Shown: positions 28,566 through 37,056 of the stretch, in pieces | Layout of the letters: the number at the start of each line of letters is the position of its first letter | Numbering within the stretch: the stretch's first letter is position 1 | Program-made: the position numbers and the translations under genes | The notes under the pieces: generated by a model | Database searches by the model: none | Seen by the model: the letters and a program-made list of their open reading frames with translations, nothing else | What the model was told of the DNA's origin: nothing | Assembly (NCBI GenBank): GCA_039802605.1 | Contig: JBDRWW010000012.1 | Location: 1 to 42,019 of the forward strand | Length of the DNA: 42,019 bases | Source of the DNA: a candidate division WOR-3 bacterium | Lineage (GTDB): Bacteria; Hydrothermota; Hydrothermia; LBFQ01 | Reading direction: 5' to 3'

Positions 28566-29585
28566 ATGGTAATATTTTTAATAGCCCAATCGCAAGGGAT
28601 AGAACTGGAAGAAGAGGTTAAAGCCAAGAGGACAAAGTTTTACACCTTAGACGGGCAAATCGGTTTATGGGCTTCGGATAAACAGTATTACAGGGGAGAA
28701 TTGGGAATACAGATGCAGTACGACTTGGGTATTTACGGGCGCTTATCCTTTATATCCTTTGATAGGTTTTACGGTTTTGCGCTACCCTCTTTAAAGGAGG
28801 CCTTTGTGGAACTCTCCTTTGATAATTCGCTGGATATAAAGGGGGGTTTGGGAGCATTGTTTTGGGGAAACGGCCTTTTACTCGGCGATTACTTAGGGGG
28901 TAATCCCTTTGTTGAGGTTTCATACGGTAAAAGCGTTTGGTTTGGTTTTCTAATTGCCAATACACCATATACGGCCTTTGGAGGTTTGAGGGTGGCCTTT
29001 GACATAAAACAATTTGGATTTGAATTCTACGGAATAGCGGATACGGGCAAAACCCCATACGGTGGTTTGGTTTTTGAAATGGATTATCCCTTTTGGTATT
29101 TAAGCCTTGAAGGCGTAGCGAGTAGGGACACCGCCTTTGGTATATATTTAACGAATACATTCAACTTTGGAAGGTTTAGGTTTGGTATAAACGGGTTTTC
29201 CACAACGAAAAACTACCAAAGGATAGTCGGGCAGGGTTTGGTTTTTGATAGGGATTGGAGCCCCTTTATGGGATTTTCCACACACTTAACATATACATCC
29301 CCTTCAATACCTTGGACATATATATCGGGTAGATCCGGGGAGTTTATAAGGCTATCCTTCCTATACCCCATAAACGAGGATTGGACATTTAAGCCCTCTT
29401 TTGATCTGGGTATGTATCAAACCATACCTCTAAGCATTGAAAAGCACAACTACCCATTTGCCGATGCCCATATAAGGTTTGATTGGACGGAAAACATGTA
29501 TATGGGCTTATCCGCAGGTGCCCTTATAGATTCCACGGTTTATTGGAGAGTGGCGGGGTATGTATCAAGCACTTTCGGTTTTTGA
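28566..29585 (+). CDS. Putative outer-membrane beta-barrel protein
   Basis: Alternating aromatic/Gly amphipathic strands, LKEAFVE...KGG...WGNGLL porin-like segment and C-terminal Phe. Confidence 0.6.
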   Translation: MVIFLIAQSQGIELEEEVKAKRTKFYTLDGQIGLWASDKQYYRGELGIQMQYDLGIYGRLSFISFDRFYGFALPSLKEAFVELSFDNSLDIKGGLGALFWGNGLLLGDYLGGNPFVEVSYGKSVWFGFLIANTPYTAFGGLRVAFDIKQFGFEFYGIADTGKTPYGGLVFEMDYPFWYLSLEGVASRDTAFGIYLTNTFNFGRFRFGINGFSTTKNYQRIVGQGLVFDRDWSPFMGFSTHLTYTSPSIPWTYISGRSGEFIRLSFLYPINEDWTFKPSFDLGMYQTIPLSIEKHNYPFADAHIRFDWTENMYMGLSAGALIDSTVYWRVAGYVSSTFGF

Positions 29586-30239
29586 ATGACCATAGGGATA
29601 TTACGGGAATTTGACTTTTATCCCTTCACATTGAAAATCCCCAAGGATTGGAAAAAGTTATACTTATCCTTTTCGCAAATAGGGGCGGTTTTGCAATCCG
29701 GAAAGTTGGACGCCGCGCCTTATCCATATACATACTTGAACCTTTTGGTTGAAGGTTATGAACCCTCCGAACTATCATTAACATTAACCAAAGGTGCAAG
29801 AAGCTTAATACTAATATCAAAATTCCCCATTGAAAACATTGACGATTTTACCCTTGGTTTGGTTCAGGGATACGAACCCATATTGCACTGCGTTGAGCCC
29901 ATCCTTGAAAGGATGCTTTTGGGGAAAACTTTTAAAATAAGGGTTTTCCCAGATATATTTAATGCCGATGCCTTTTTAATATACGGGGATAGGGCGCTAA
30001 GGGGGGATTTTGGGGAATATAAATATGTTTATAACCTTGTGGAAGGTTATATAACCGTTGCCGTATGGGTTGTTAGAAGCGATCTAAAAGACGATATAAT
30101 CCCCCACATTGGGAATTCCCTGGCGCATTGGTATATGGACATGGAGGGTTATGTTTTAAAATACGCAAAACATAAGGGTTTGGATAAGGAAATCCTCATT
30201 GAGCACGCAAAGGGATTAAAGTTTAAGTATGGGGGATAG
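29586..30239 (+). CDS. Divergent MqnA/MqnD-like protein (periplasmic-binding fold)
   Basis: G.LDAA, S.ILISK.P, DAFLIYGDRAL and AVWVVR resemble chorismate dehydratase MqnA; shortened to 217 aa. Confidence 0.55.
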   Translation: MTIGILREFDFYPFTLKIPKDWKKLYLSFSQIGAVLQSGKLDAAPYPYTYLNLLVEGYEPSELSLTLTKGARSLILISKFPIENIDDFTLGLVQGYEPILHCVEPILERMLLGKTFKIRVFPDIFNADAFLIYGDRALRGDFGEYKYVYNLVEGYITVAVWVVRSDLKDDIIPHIGNSLAHWYMDMEGYVLKYAKHKGLDKEILIEHAKGLKFKYGG

Positions 30240-32004
30240 GGAGAGTTTCATAAACGATATAAGAAGGTTGGTGGCAAGGTATTCTTCAACATCCGTAGGC
30301 GAAAGGTTTGTTTTATCCCTTAATCCGGATTATAGCCGTGCTGTAAAGGATTTTAAGTTAATAGGAGAGGTGTTGCGGGAACACGAAATGGGTCGTTCGT
30401 TGTCCCTTCCGGTGTTTCCAGATATGGACGAGGTTTTTGATTATTTTAACAAGTTTGGCGTATTAACGGGTGAAAAGTTATACTCAATTGCGGAATTCAT
30501 AGAAAGATCGGTAAGGCTTAGGGAAGGGATGCACTCAATAAACTTGGCGTCTTACATTAATATAACCAAAGAACTTTTGGGTTTTTCGGAAAGGATAAAG
30601 GCAAACATTTCTAAGGATGGCAGCATTAAAACGGTGAAAAACCCCATTTTGAGGGATTTGTACGAGAAAAGGAATAAAATACGGGATGAACTTTTAAACC
30701 TTTATGCGGAAATAATTAACAAATATTGGGATAAATTGAGGGAAAGGCAACCCGTGATGAAAAACGGAAGGTTAACCCTTCCCGTAATATCCAATTATAA
30801 AATTGATGGGGTTGTACACGGATACTCATATACCACGGAAACGGTTTTCGTTGAACCATATGAGGTTATACCCCTACAAAACCAATTGATACAAATCGAC
30901 GACAGGATAAGGGAAGAGGAAAAGAGGATTCTAGGGAAGCTCCTTAACGATTTCTTGCGTTTAAAGGATAACTTGATAAATTTACATAAGTCTTTGGGCT
31001 TTATAGACAGCATTTATGCTAGGGCAAAGTTCTATTTGGAGTATAAATGCTGCTTCCCCGAATTCTCAAAGGATGGGAGATTTGAGTTAAGGGAATGTAG
31101 GGAACCAATACTTTACAGTAGGTTGAAGGAAAAGACCGTTCCCATATCTTTAAACATGGATAAATTTGCATTACTCATCACCGGACCGAACGCCGGGGGA
31201 AAAACCGTAAGCCTTAGAACCGTAGCCTATTGTGTTTTAATGGCATCTATGGGTATTCCCGTTCCCGCCAAAAAAGCCGTAATACCCTTCGGTTCGGATG
31301 TGTTTCCCCTGGGATTTACACCTTTGGGAAGCGTTGAGGAGGGGGTTTCACACTTTGTAGGGGAACTTAAAAGGATAAATGGGATTTTGAAGGGTGTTAA
31401 AGAATACGATATAGTAATTTTTGACGAGATATTTTCATCAACGGATCCGGATGAGGCATCCGCGTTGGCCTATGCAATTGGAAAATATTTATCCGACAAA
31501 AGGGTTTATATCTTTATGAGCACGCACTTTTCAAGCTTAAAAATCCTCGCCCAACATTCGGAATTTTTTAATATATCCACCCTTGAAAATTACCGCCTCG
31601 TAATTGGTAAATTGGGTGAAAGCAGGGGTATATACACGGCAAAAGTCGTGGGATTACCCGAAGAAATCATTAAATACGCCGAAGATGTCTTTGTACAAAT
31701 ACCATCTTATATACAAAAGTTGCGGGAAAGGTATGAGGATAAAGTTAAAAAATTGGAAAGGGAAAAAAGGGAAATTGAGGATTTGAAGAGGAAGTTAATA
31801 GTGGCATTGGCGTCCGCCAAGGAGGGTAAGCAACCGGAAGAAGCGGAAAAGATCCTAAGGACGGGTGAGACTTTGGAGGTGGGAAAGGAATATTTTATAA
31901 AAAATTTGGGTGTGAAGGGCACGCTTATTGAAATAAAGGGAAATAAAGCAAAAGTAAAGGTTAGGAATATAGTTATAGAGATTGATAAGGATAGTTTGGT
32001 TTGA
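30229..32004 (+). CDS. MutS2-like ATPase lacking the Smr domain
   Basis: GVVHGYS...TVFVEP, GPNAGGKT, S.F, DEI...TDP.E..ALA, STH and G.S; ends in a KOW-like domain. Confidence 0.85.
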   Translation: MGDRESFINDIRRLVARYSSTSVGERFVLSLNPDYSRAVKDFKLIGEVLREHEMGRSLSLPVFPDMDEVFDYFNKFGVLTGEKLYSIAEFIERSVRLREGMHSINLASYINITKELLGFSERIKANISKDGSIKTVKNPILRDLYEKRNKIRDELLNLYAEIINKYWDKLRERQPVMKNGRLTLPVISNYKIDGVVHGYSYTTETVFVEPYEVIPLQNQLIQIDDRIREEEKRILGKLLNDFLRLKDNLINLHKSLGFIDSIYARAKFYLEYKCCFPEFSKDGRFELRECREPILYSRLKEKTVPISLNMDKFALLITGPNAGGKTVSLRTVAYCVLMASMGIPVPAKKAVIPFGSDVFPLGFTPLGSVEEGVSHFVGELKRINGILKGVKEYDIVIFDEIFSSTDPDEASALAYAIGKYLSDKRVYIFMSTHFSSLKILAQHSEFFNISTLENYRLVIGKLGESRGIYTAKVVGLPEEIIKYAEDVFVQIPSYIQKLRERYEDKVKKLEREKREIEDLKRKLIVALASAKEGKQPEEAEKILRTGETLEVGKEYFIKNLGVKGTLIEIKGNKAKVKVRNIVIEIDKDSLV

Positions 32005-32025
32005 ACGGGGATAAAATACTCGCTT

Positions 32026-33486
32026 ATGAAGCTATACGAATGCGTGCCAAATTTTTCGGAAGGAAGGAATCAAGATGTTATAGAGGCATTAAAGGAAGCC
32101 ATAACATCCGTGCCCGATGTCAAGCTCTTGGATGTTGAAAGCGACCCGGATCATAATAGGAGTGTTTTTACATTTGTGGGAACCGCCGAAGGGGTTCTTG
32201 ATGCCGCATACAAATCGATAGAGGTAGCGGTTAAACTTATAGACTTGCGAAAGCATAAAGGGCAGCATCCGAGAATAGGCGCCGCCGATGTTGTACCTTT
32301 TGTACCCTTATTTGACGCCACTATGGATGAGGCGGTTGAGTTGGCAAAGACTTTGGCGGAAAGGGTTTCAAAGGATTTTAACTTACCGGTTTATTTATAC
32401 GGATATGCGGCCACAAAACCGGAAAGGGAGGATTTGGCTAATATAAGAAAGGGGGAGTTTGAAGGTTTAAGGGAAAAGATGAAGGACCCCAATTGGAAAC
32501 CGGATTACGGACCGGATGAACCCCACCCCACCGCCGGCGCAACCGTAATAGGTGCAAGGAAAATACTCATAGCGTACAACGTAAATCTTAAAAGTCAAGA
32601 TTTAAATGCGGCAAAGCGTATAGCAAAACATATAAGGTTTAGGGATGGGGGGCTTAGGTTTGTAAAGGCGTTGGGTTTTGAGTTGGCAACAAAAAACATG
32701 GTTCAGGTTTCGATGAATTTAACGGATTTTGAAGGCACCCCCATTTATGTTGCTTATGAAAATGTAAAAATGTGGGCCGAAAGGTATGGACAACCGGTTT
32801 ATGAATCGGAAATAGTTGGTTTGGTACCCTTAAAGGCCCTCGTAGATGTAGCAAAGTTTTATTTAAGGTTAAACGATTTCAAAGAAGATCAAATAATTGA
32901 AAGTAGGATATACGAAAGTTGGACCCTTGACCTTTACCTTTCAGAACTCGCAAGTTCCGAAGCCGTACCGGGGGGTGGCAGCGTTTCGGCTTTATCACTG
33001 GCTCAGGGGGCGGCGCTGGTTTCTATGGTTTGCGGAATAGGTTTAAAGGGGAAAAAATATTCCGATAATTGGAAAAGTTTTGATGGGATAAGATCCGAAG
33101 CGAAAAGGATACTAAAAAGGGCGAAGGAGTTGATATACGAGGATACCCAAGCCTTCAAAAGGGTTATGGAGGTTTATAAGTTGCCAAAGGAGGAAAGGGG
33201 AGAAAAACTAAAAGAGGCATTAATATATGCCGCAAAAGTTCCTCTGGAAACCGCAAGGTTATCCCTTGATGTATTAAAACTATGTAAAGATCTGGAACCA
33301 ATAGCGCCGAAAACGGCCATAAGCGATGTATATGTGGCAAGATACCAGTCCGTGGCGGCATTTAAGGGGGCGGTTGAAAATGTTAGAATAAACCTTGATG
33401 GTTTGGAAGAATGTAAGGAAAAGGAAGAACTATCCAACCAATTGAAGGATTTAACGGATATGTTTTCGGAATATGAAAGTAATTGA
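32026..33486 (+). CDS. ftcD: Bifunctional glutamate formimidoyltransferase/cyclodeaminase
   Basis: ECVPNFSEGR, DHNRSV, HPRIGA.DV.PF and VQVSMN; C-terminal domain PGGGSVSAL...NV.INL. Confidence 0.93.
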   Translation: MKLYECVPNFSEGRNQDVIEALKEAITSVPDVKLLDVESDPDHNRSVFTFVGTAEGVLDAAYKSIEVAVKLIDLRKHKGQHPRIGAADVVPFVPLFDATMDEAVELAKTLAERVSKDFNLPVYLYGYAATKPEREDLANIRKGEFEGLREKMKDPNWKPDYGPDEPHPTAGATVIGARKILIAYNVNLKSQDLNAAKRIAKHIRFRDGGLRFVKALGFELATKNMVQVSMNLTDFEGTPIYVAYENVKMWAERYGQPVYESEIVGLVPLKALVDVAKFYLRLNDFKEDQIIESRIYESWTLDLYLSELASSEAVPGGGSVSALSLAQGAALVSMVCGIGLKGKKYSDNWKSFDGIRSEAKRILKRAKELIYEDTQAFKRVMEVYKLPKEERGEKLKEALIYAAKVPLETARLSLDVLKLCKDLEPIAPKTAISDVYVARYQSVAAFKGAVENVRINLDGLEECKEKEELSNQLKDLTDMFSEYESN

Positions 33487-33880
33487 AGCCTGTCTATATG
33501 TTTCCGATATAGATAAGGCGGAAGAGTTTTATACAAACCTCTTGGGGGTAAAACCCTTTGCCAAGGCCAAAAACAGACATGTTTTTTATAAACTGGAAAA
33601 CTGCATGTTTTTGATCTTTAATCCCGAATATACGAAAATTGGCGGAGATGTTCCCCCCCACGGATATTACGGGCATGGTCATATAGCCTTTGCGGTTTCG
33701 GACGGAGAAATTGAACTGTGGAAGGAAAAAATAAAATCCCTTGGCATAGAGATAGAGGCGGAGGTTTTATGGCCTTCGGGCGGTAAATCGGTTTATATCA
33801 GGGATCCATTTGGGAATAGTGTGGAATTTATAACTCCTGAGGCTTGGGGATTCAATTGGAAGGATTGTACAGACTTATAA
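33473..33880 (+). CDS. VOC/glyoxalase-family protein
   Basis: LYV.D...A..FY...LG, H.AF and S.Y.RDP.GN.VE. Confidence 0.9.
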   Translation: MKVIEACLYVSDIDKAEEFYTNLLGVKPFAKAKNRHVFYKLENCMFLIFNPEYTKIGGDVPPHGYYGHGHIAFAVSDGEIELWKEKIKSLGIEIEAEVLWPSGGKSVYIRDPFGNSVEFITPEAWGFNWKDCTDL

Positions 33881-34965
33881 CATCTTTAATACCCGTAAAA
33901 TGCGAGGATAAAAATGGGGAAGTTTTATTTCACGCTTCATCCATAGGGGAAATTAACGCAATATATCCATTGATTAGAAGGTTTAAATCGCATAAAGTTT
34001 CGGTATTTACCAAATGGGGATACGATTATGCCAAGGAATTGGGATTAAACGCCTTCAGGTTTCCATTTGATAATCCGAGATGTTTAAAAAAAGTTTTGCG
34101 GGATGTTAAACTTGTAGTAATAGCCGAGACGGAAATATGGCCAAACCTAATAAATCTATCCAAATCTTTAAATATCCCGGTTTTTATAGTCAATGGGACC
34201 ATAAGCCCAGGAAGTTATAAGTTGTACAAGATGTTTCCAATTTTCCGTAAAGCTGTAAGTAGGGTAGATATGATAATTTGCCAGAGTTCTGCGGACGCCG
34301 ATAGATTTAGGGAATTGGGGGCTAAAAATACCCTAGTTATGGGTAATTTAAAGTTTGATAGCGTTGAGAGGCCGGTTAAGGATATAAAACTTAAAAACTT
34401 TAAGGTTGAAGGTTCTTTTCTCTTTGCAAACATAAGGGGTAGGGAGATAAAAACCGTAGTGGAAAGCATAGTTAAGGTTTCCAAACACCTGCCAGATACG
34501 AGGTTTATTATAGCCCCAAGGCACCTTGAAAATATAGGGAAAATATCTTCTATGTTGGGGGAATTCGGAGTATCCCACTCCTTGCGAACGGATGACGGGG
34601 ATACAATGGTTTTAATATTAAATACCCTTGGGGAACTTTGGAGTATTTATAGGTTTTGTAAGGCTTGTTTTGTAGGCGGTACCCTGTGGAATTACGGGGG
34701 TCATAGCCTAATAGAACCCGCTTATTGGAAACTACCAATTATATGCGGGGAACATTTATATAAGCAGCCATACGCTTGGGATATGGTTAAGGAAGGGATT
34801 GTGCGTATTGTTAAAAATTCCGATGAAATTGCGGATTTTATCGTAAAGATATACACGGATGAGAACTTTCACAGAGATTTATCGGAAAGGGTTTTTGAAT
34901 TTTACCTACGCAATAAAGGTATATCCGAGAAAGTTTATAAAATCCTCCTTTCGGCCTTAAAATAA
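33844..34965 (+). CDS. waaA: Kdo transferase
   Basis: HASSIGE, PFD, ETEIWPN, GNLKFD, APRH, GEL and GG....GGH..IEPA. Confidence 0.92.
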   Translation: MGIQLEGLYRLITSLIPVKCEDKNGEVLFHASSIGEINAIYPLIRRFKSHKVSVFTKWGYDYAKELGLNAFRFPFDNPRCLKKVLRDVKLVVIAETEIWPNLINLSKSLNIPVFIVNGTISPGSYKLYKMFPIFRKAVSRVDMIICQSSADADRFRELGAKNTLVMGNLKFDSVERPVKDIKLKNFKVEGSFLFANIRGREIKTVVESIVKVSKHLPDTRFIIAPRHLENIGKISSMLGEFGVSHSLRTDDGDTMVLILNTLGELWSIYRFCKACFVGGTLWNYGGHSLIEPAYWKLPIICGEHLYKQPYAWDMVKEGIVRIVKNSDEIADFIVKIYTDENFHRDLSERVFEFYLRNKGISEKVYKILLSALK

Positions 34966-34980
34966 TGGGAAGGGATAAAG

Positions 34981-35529
34981 ATGAAGGCCACGAAGGAAAA
35001 ACTCTGGACATATCGGGATTATTTGAAACTTGAAGACGATAAGCGTTATGAGGTTATTAACGGGAGGTTGGTAGAAATGCCCGCGCCAAACTTTGAACAT
35101 CAGAGAATTTCAAGGAATTTAGAATTTAAACTTTGGGAATTTGTTAAAGAAAATGGTTTGGGAGAAATTTTATACGCACCCTTTGATATTATACTATCCG
35201 AGGATATTGTTGTTCAGCCGGATATTGTTTTTATATCCAAAGACAACTTGAAAAACATAAAAGAAGGCCGTCTGTTCGGTGCTCCGGATTTGGTTGTGGA
35301 AATAGTATCACCGGTAAGTTATAAGAGGGATAGGTATGAAAAGTTTAGAATATACGAAGAACTTGGGGTTAAAGAGTATTGGATAGTTTTACCGGGTGAA
35401 AAGGTAATAGAGGTTTGGTGTTTGAAGGAAGGCAAGTATGTCTTACACTCCATAGCCGTTGAAAAAGGAGAGGTTGAAAGTTGCCTTTTAAAGGGTTTAA
35501 AGGTTAATGTTGAGGAGGTGTTTAAATGA
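34981..35529 (+). CDS. Uma2-family endonuclease (DUF820), copy 1
   Basis: RYEVING....PAP...HQ, QPD, PDLVVEIVSP, D...K...Y...GVKEYWIV. Confidence 0.92.
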   Translation: MKATKEKLWTYRDYLKLEDDKRYEVINGRLVEMPAPNFEHQRISRNLEFKLWEFVKENGLGEILYAPFDIILSEDIVVQPDIVFISKDNLKNIKEGRLFGAPDLVVEIVSPVSYKRDRYEKFRIYEELGVKEYWIVLPGEKVIEVWCLKEGKYVLHSIAVEKGEVESCLLKGLKVNVEEVFK

Positions 35530-36080
35530 AAGTGGATGTTAAGGAAAAGGTTTGGACTTACGAGGATTATCTGAAACTGGAAGACGATAAACGTTATGAG
35601 GTTATTAACGGGAGGTTGATAGAAATGCCCGCGCCAAATCCTTGGCATCAGGATGTTTCCGGAAATTTGGAATTTATAATGAGGAAATTTGTTATTGAAA
35701 AAGGTTTTGGGAAAATATACGATGCACCAATAGATGTTTTATTCAGGGAGGATGTTGTATTACAACCGGATATAGTTTATATTTCAAAGGAAAGACTTGG
35801 CATAATAGGGGATAAGGCTATAATGGGCGCTCCGGACTTGGTTGTAGAAATAGTTTCGCCATCAACAACGAGGAGGGATACGGTTGTCAAGAAGGGGATA
35901 TATGAGGAGTTTGGGGTTAAGGAGTATTGGATTGTTTATCCCGAAGAAAAGGCAATAGAGGTGTGGGTTTTGGGTGAGAAAGGAAAGTATGAACTTTATT
36001 CCTTTGCAGAAAAAGAGGGGAAAGTTAAAAGCAAGGTTTTGGAAGGCTTTGAGCTTGATTTAAAGGAGACCGTCTCATAA
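35526..36080 (+). CDS. Uma2-family endonuclease (DUF820), copy 2
   Basis: Same motifs as copy 1; ATGA/TAA overlap with it. Confidence 0.92.
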   Translation: MKVDVKEKVWTYEDYLKLEDDKRYEVINGRLIEMPAPNPWHQDVSGNLEFIMRKFVIEKGFGKIYDAPIDVLFREDVVLQPDIVYISKERLGIIGDKAIMGAPDLVVEIVSPSTTRRDTVVKKGIYEEFGVKEYWIVYPEEKAIEVWVLGEKGKYELYSFAEKEGKVKSKVLEGFELDLKETVS

Positions 36081-36114
36081 CAAACCTTTCACCCTTATAA
36101 TATCCACTTCACGG

Positions 36115-36186
36115 GCGGGAGTAGCTCAGCGGTAGAGCACCTGCTTGCCATGCAGGGGGTCGCGGGTTCAAATCCCGTCTCCCGCT
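36115..36186 (+). tRNA. tRNA-Gly(GCC), CCA not encoded
   Basis: GCGGGAG/CTCCCGC acceptor, U discriminator, CCTGC/GCAGG stem with GCC anticodon and TTCAAAT T-loop; TATAAT at 36096-36101. Confidence 0.97.
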
Positions 36187-36195
36187 CTTTTTTTA

Positions 36196-37056
36196 ATGAA
36201 GGTTGCACTGGTTCTTGGAGGTGGTGGGGCGAGGGGTTTCGCGCACATAGGTGTTATAAAGTACCTTACCGAAAAGGATTTCAAGCCCGATATAGTTGTG
36301 GGTTGCAGTATGGGGGCTATAATAGGGGGGGTTTATGCCGCCGGCTACTCTCCAAAACTCATAGAAGATGTTGCAAGGGAAATAGCCAAGGACCCCCGCA
36401 ATGAGTTTTTATCGCCGAGCTTCTCGTTAACGGAACTATACGATTCTTCAAAGTTTGAAAGGCTTTTGAGGAGATTGGTCGGTAGGATAAAGATAGAGGA
36501 ACTCCCGATAAAGTTTGCCGCAAACGCATACGATATTATATCCCACAAGGAAGTTATTCTTGACAGGGGAAGTTTGTTTTCGGCTTTGAGGGCATCCGCG
36601 AGCCTACCCGGAATTTACGAGTCTATACATTTTCCCAAGGAAAACCTAACCCTTATGGATGGGGGTGTTGTAAATCCCGTTCCCGTGAATATAGCCCGTA
36701 GGTTAGGTGCGGACTTTGTAATAGCCGTTAATGTTTTAGAAAGGTTTCCAAAGGACCAAATATCATCTTCACTACCCTACTTTCACAGGAAAAAGGGGAT
36801 TTTGCAAATCATAGGCAGAACATTTGCCTTTAAAAGGGAGAATGTTTTAAACGGTTTAATATCCTGGTTTATGGCTTCGCAGGGTGCCTTGGTAAATTAT
36901 CTCCTTGAATCCCAAAAACCCGATATACTTATAGAACCGGAATTAAAGGGAGTATCGTCAATTTTGGACTTTTCAAAGTTTGATGAAACCGTAATGGCTG
37001 GCTATATGGCCGCAAAACAGGTATTGGAGGGCAAATTGTCGGAAATTAAAAGGTGA
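36196..37056 (+). CDS. Patatin-like phospholipase
   Basis: GGGGARG.AHIG, GCSMG and DGG motifs; start moved to ATG 36196 because the longer ORF overlaps the tRNA. Confidence 0.92.
   Translation: MKVALVLGGGGARGFAHIGVIKYLTEKDFKPDIVVGCSMGAIIGGVYAAGYSPKLIEDVAREIAKDPRNEFLSPSFSLTELYDSSKFERLLRRLVGRIKIEELPIKFAANAYDIISHKEVILDRGSLFSALRASASLPGIYESIHFPKENLTLMDGGVVNPVPVNIARRLGADFVIAVNVLERFPKDQISSSLPYFHRKKGILQIIGRTFAFKRENVLNGLISWFMASQGALVNYLLESQKPDILIEPELKGVSSILDFSKFDETVMAGYMAAKQVLEGKLSEIKR

Noticed and set aside
34981..36186. Genomic island or diversity-generating retroelement at tRNA-Gly involving the Uma2 repeats
   Set aside because: No integrase, reverse transcriptase or att duplication seen; both repeat copies are coding, lie at the 5' ends of genes, and differ at only two sites.
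36145..36195. N-terminal extension of the patatin ORF and ORF 36150..36404
   Set aside because: They overlap tRNA-Gly; ATG 36196 gives the standard MKVALVLGGGG start.
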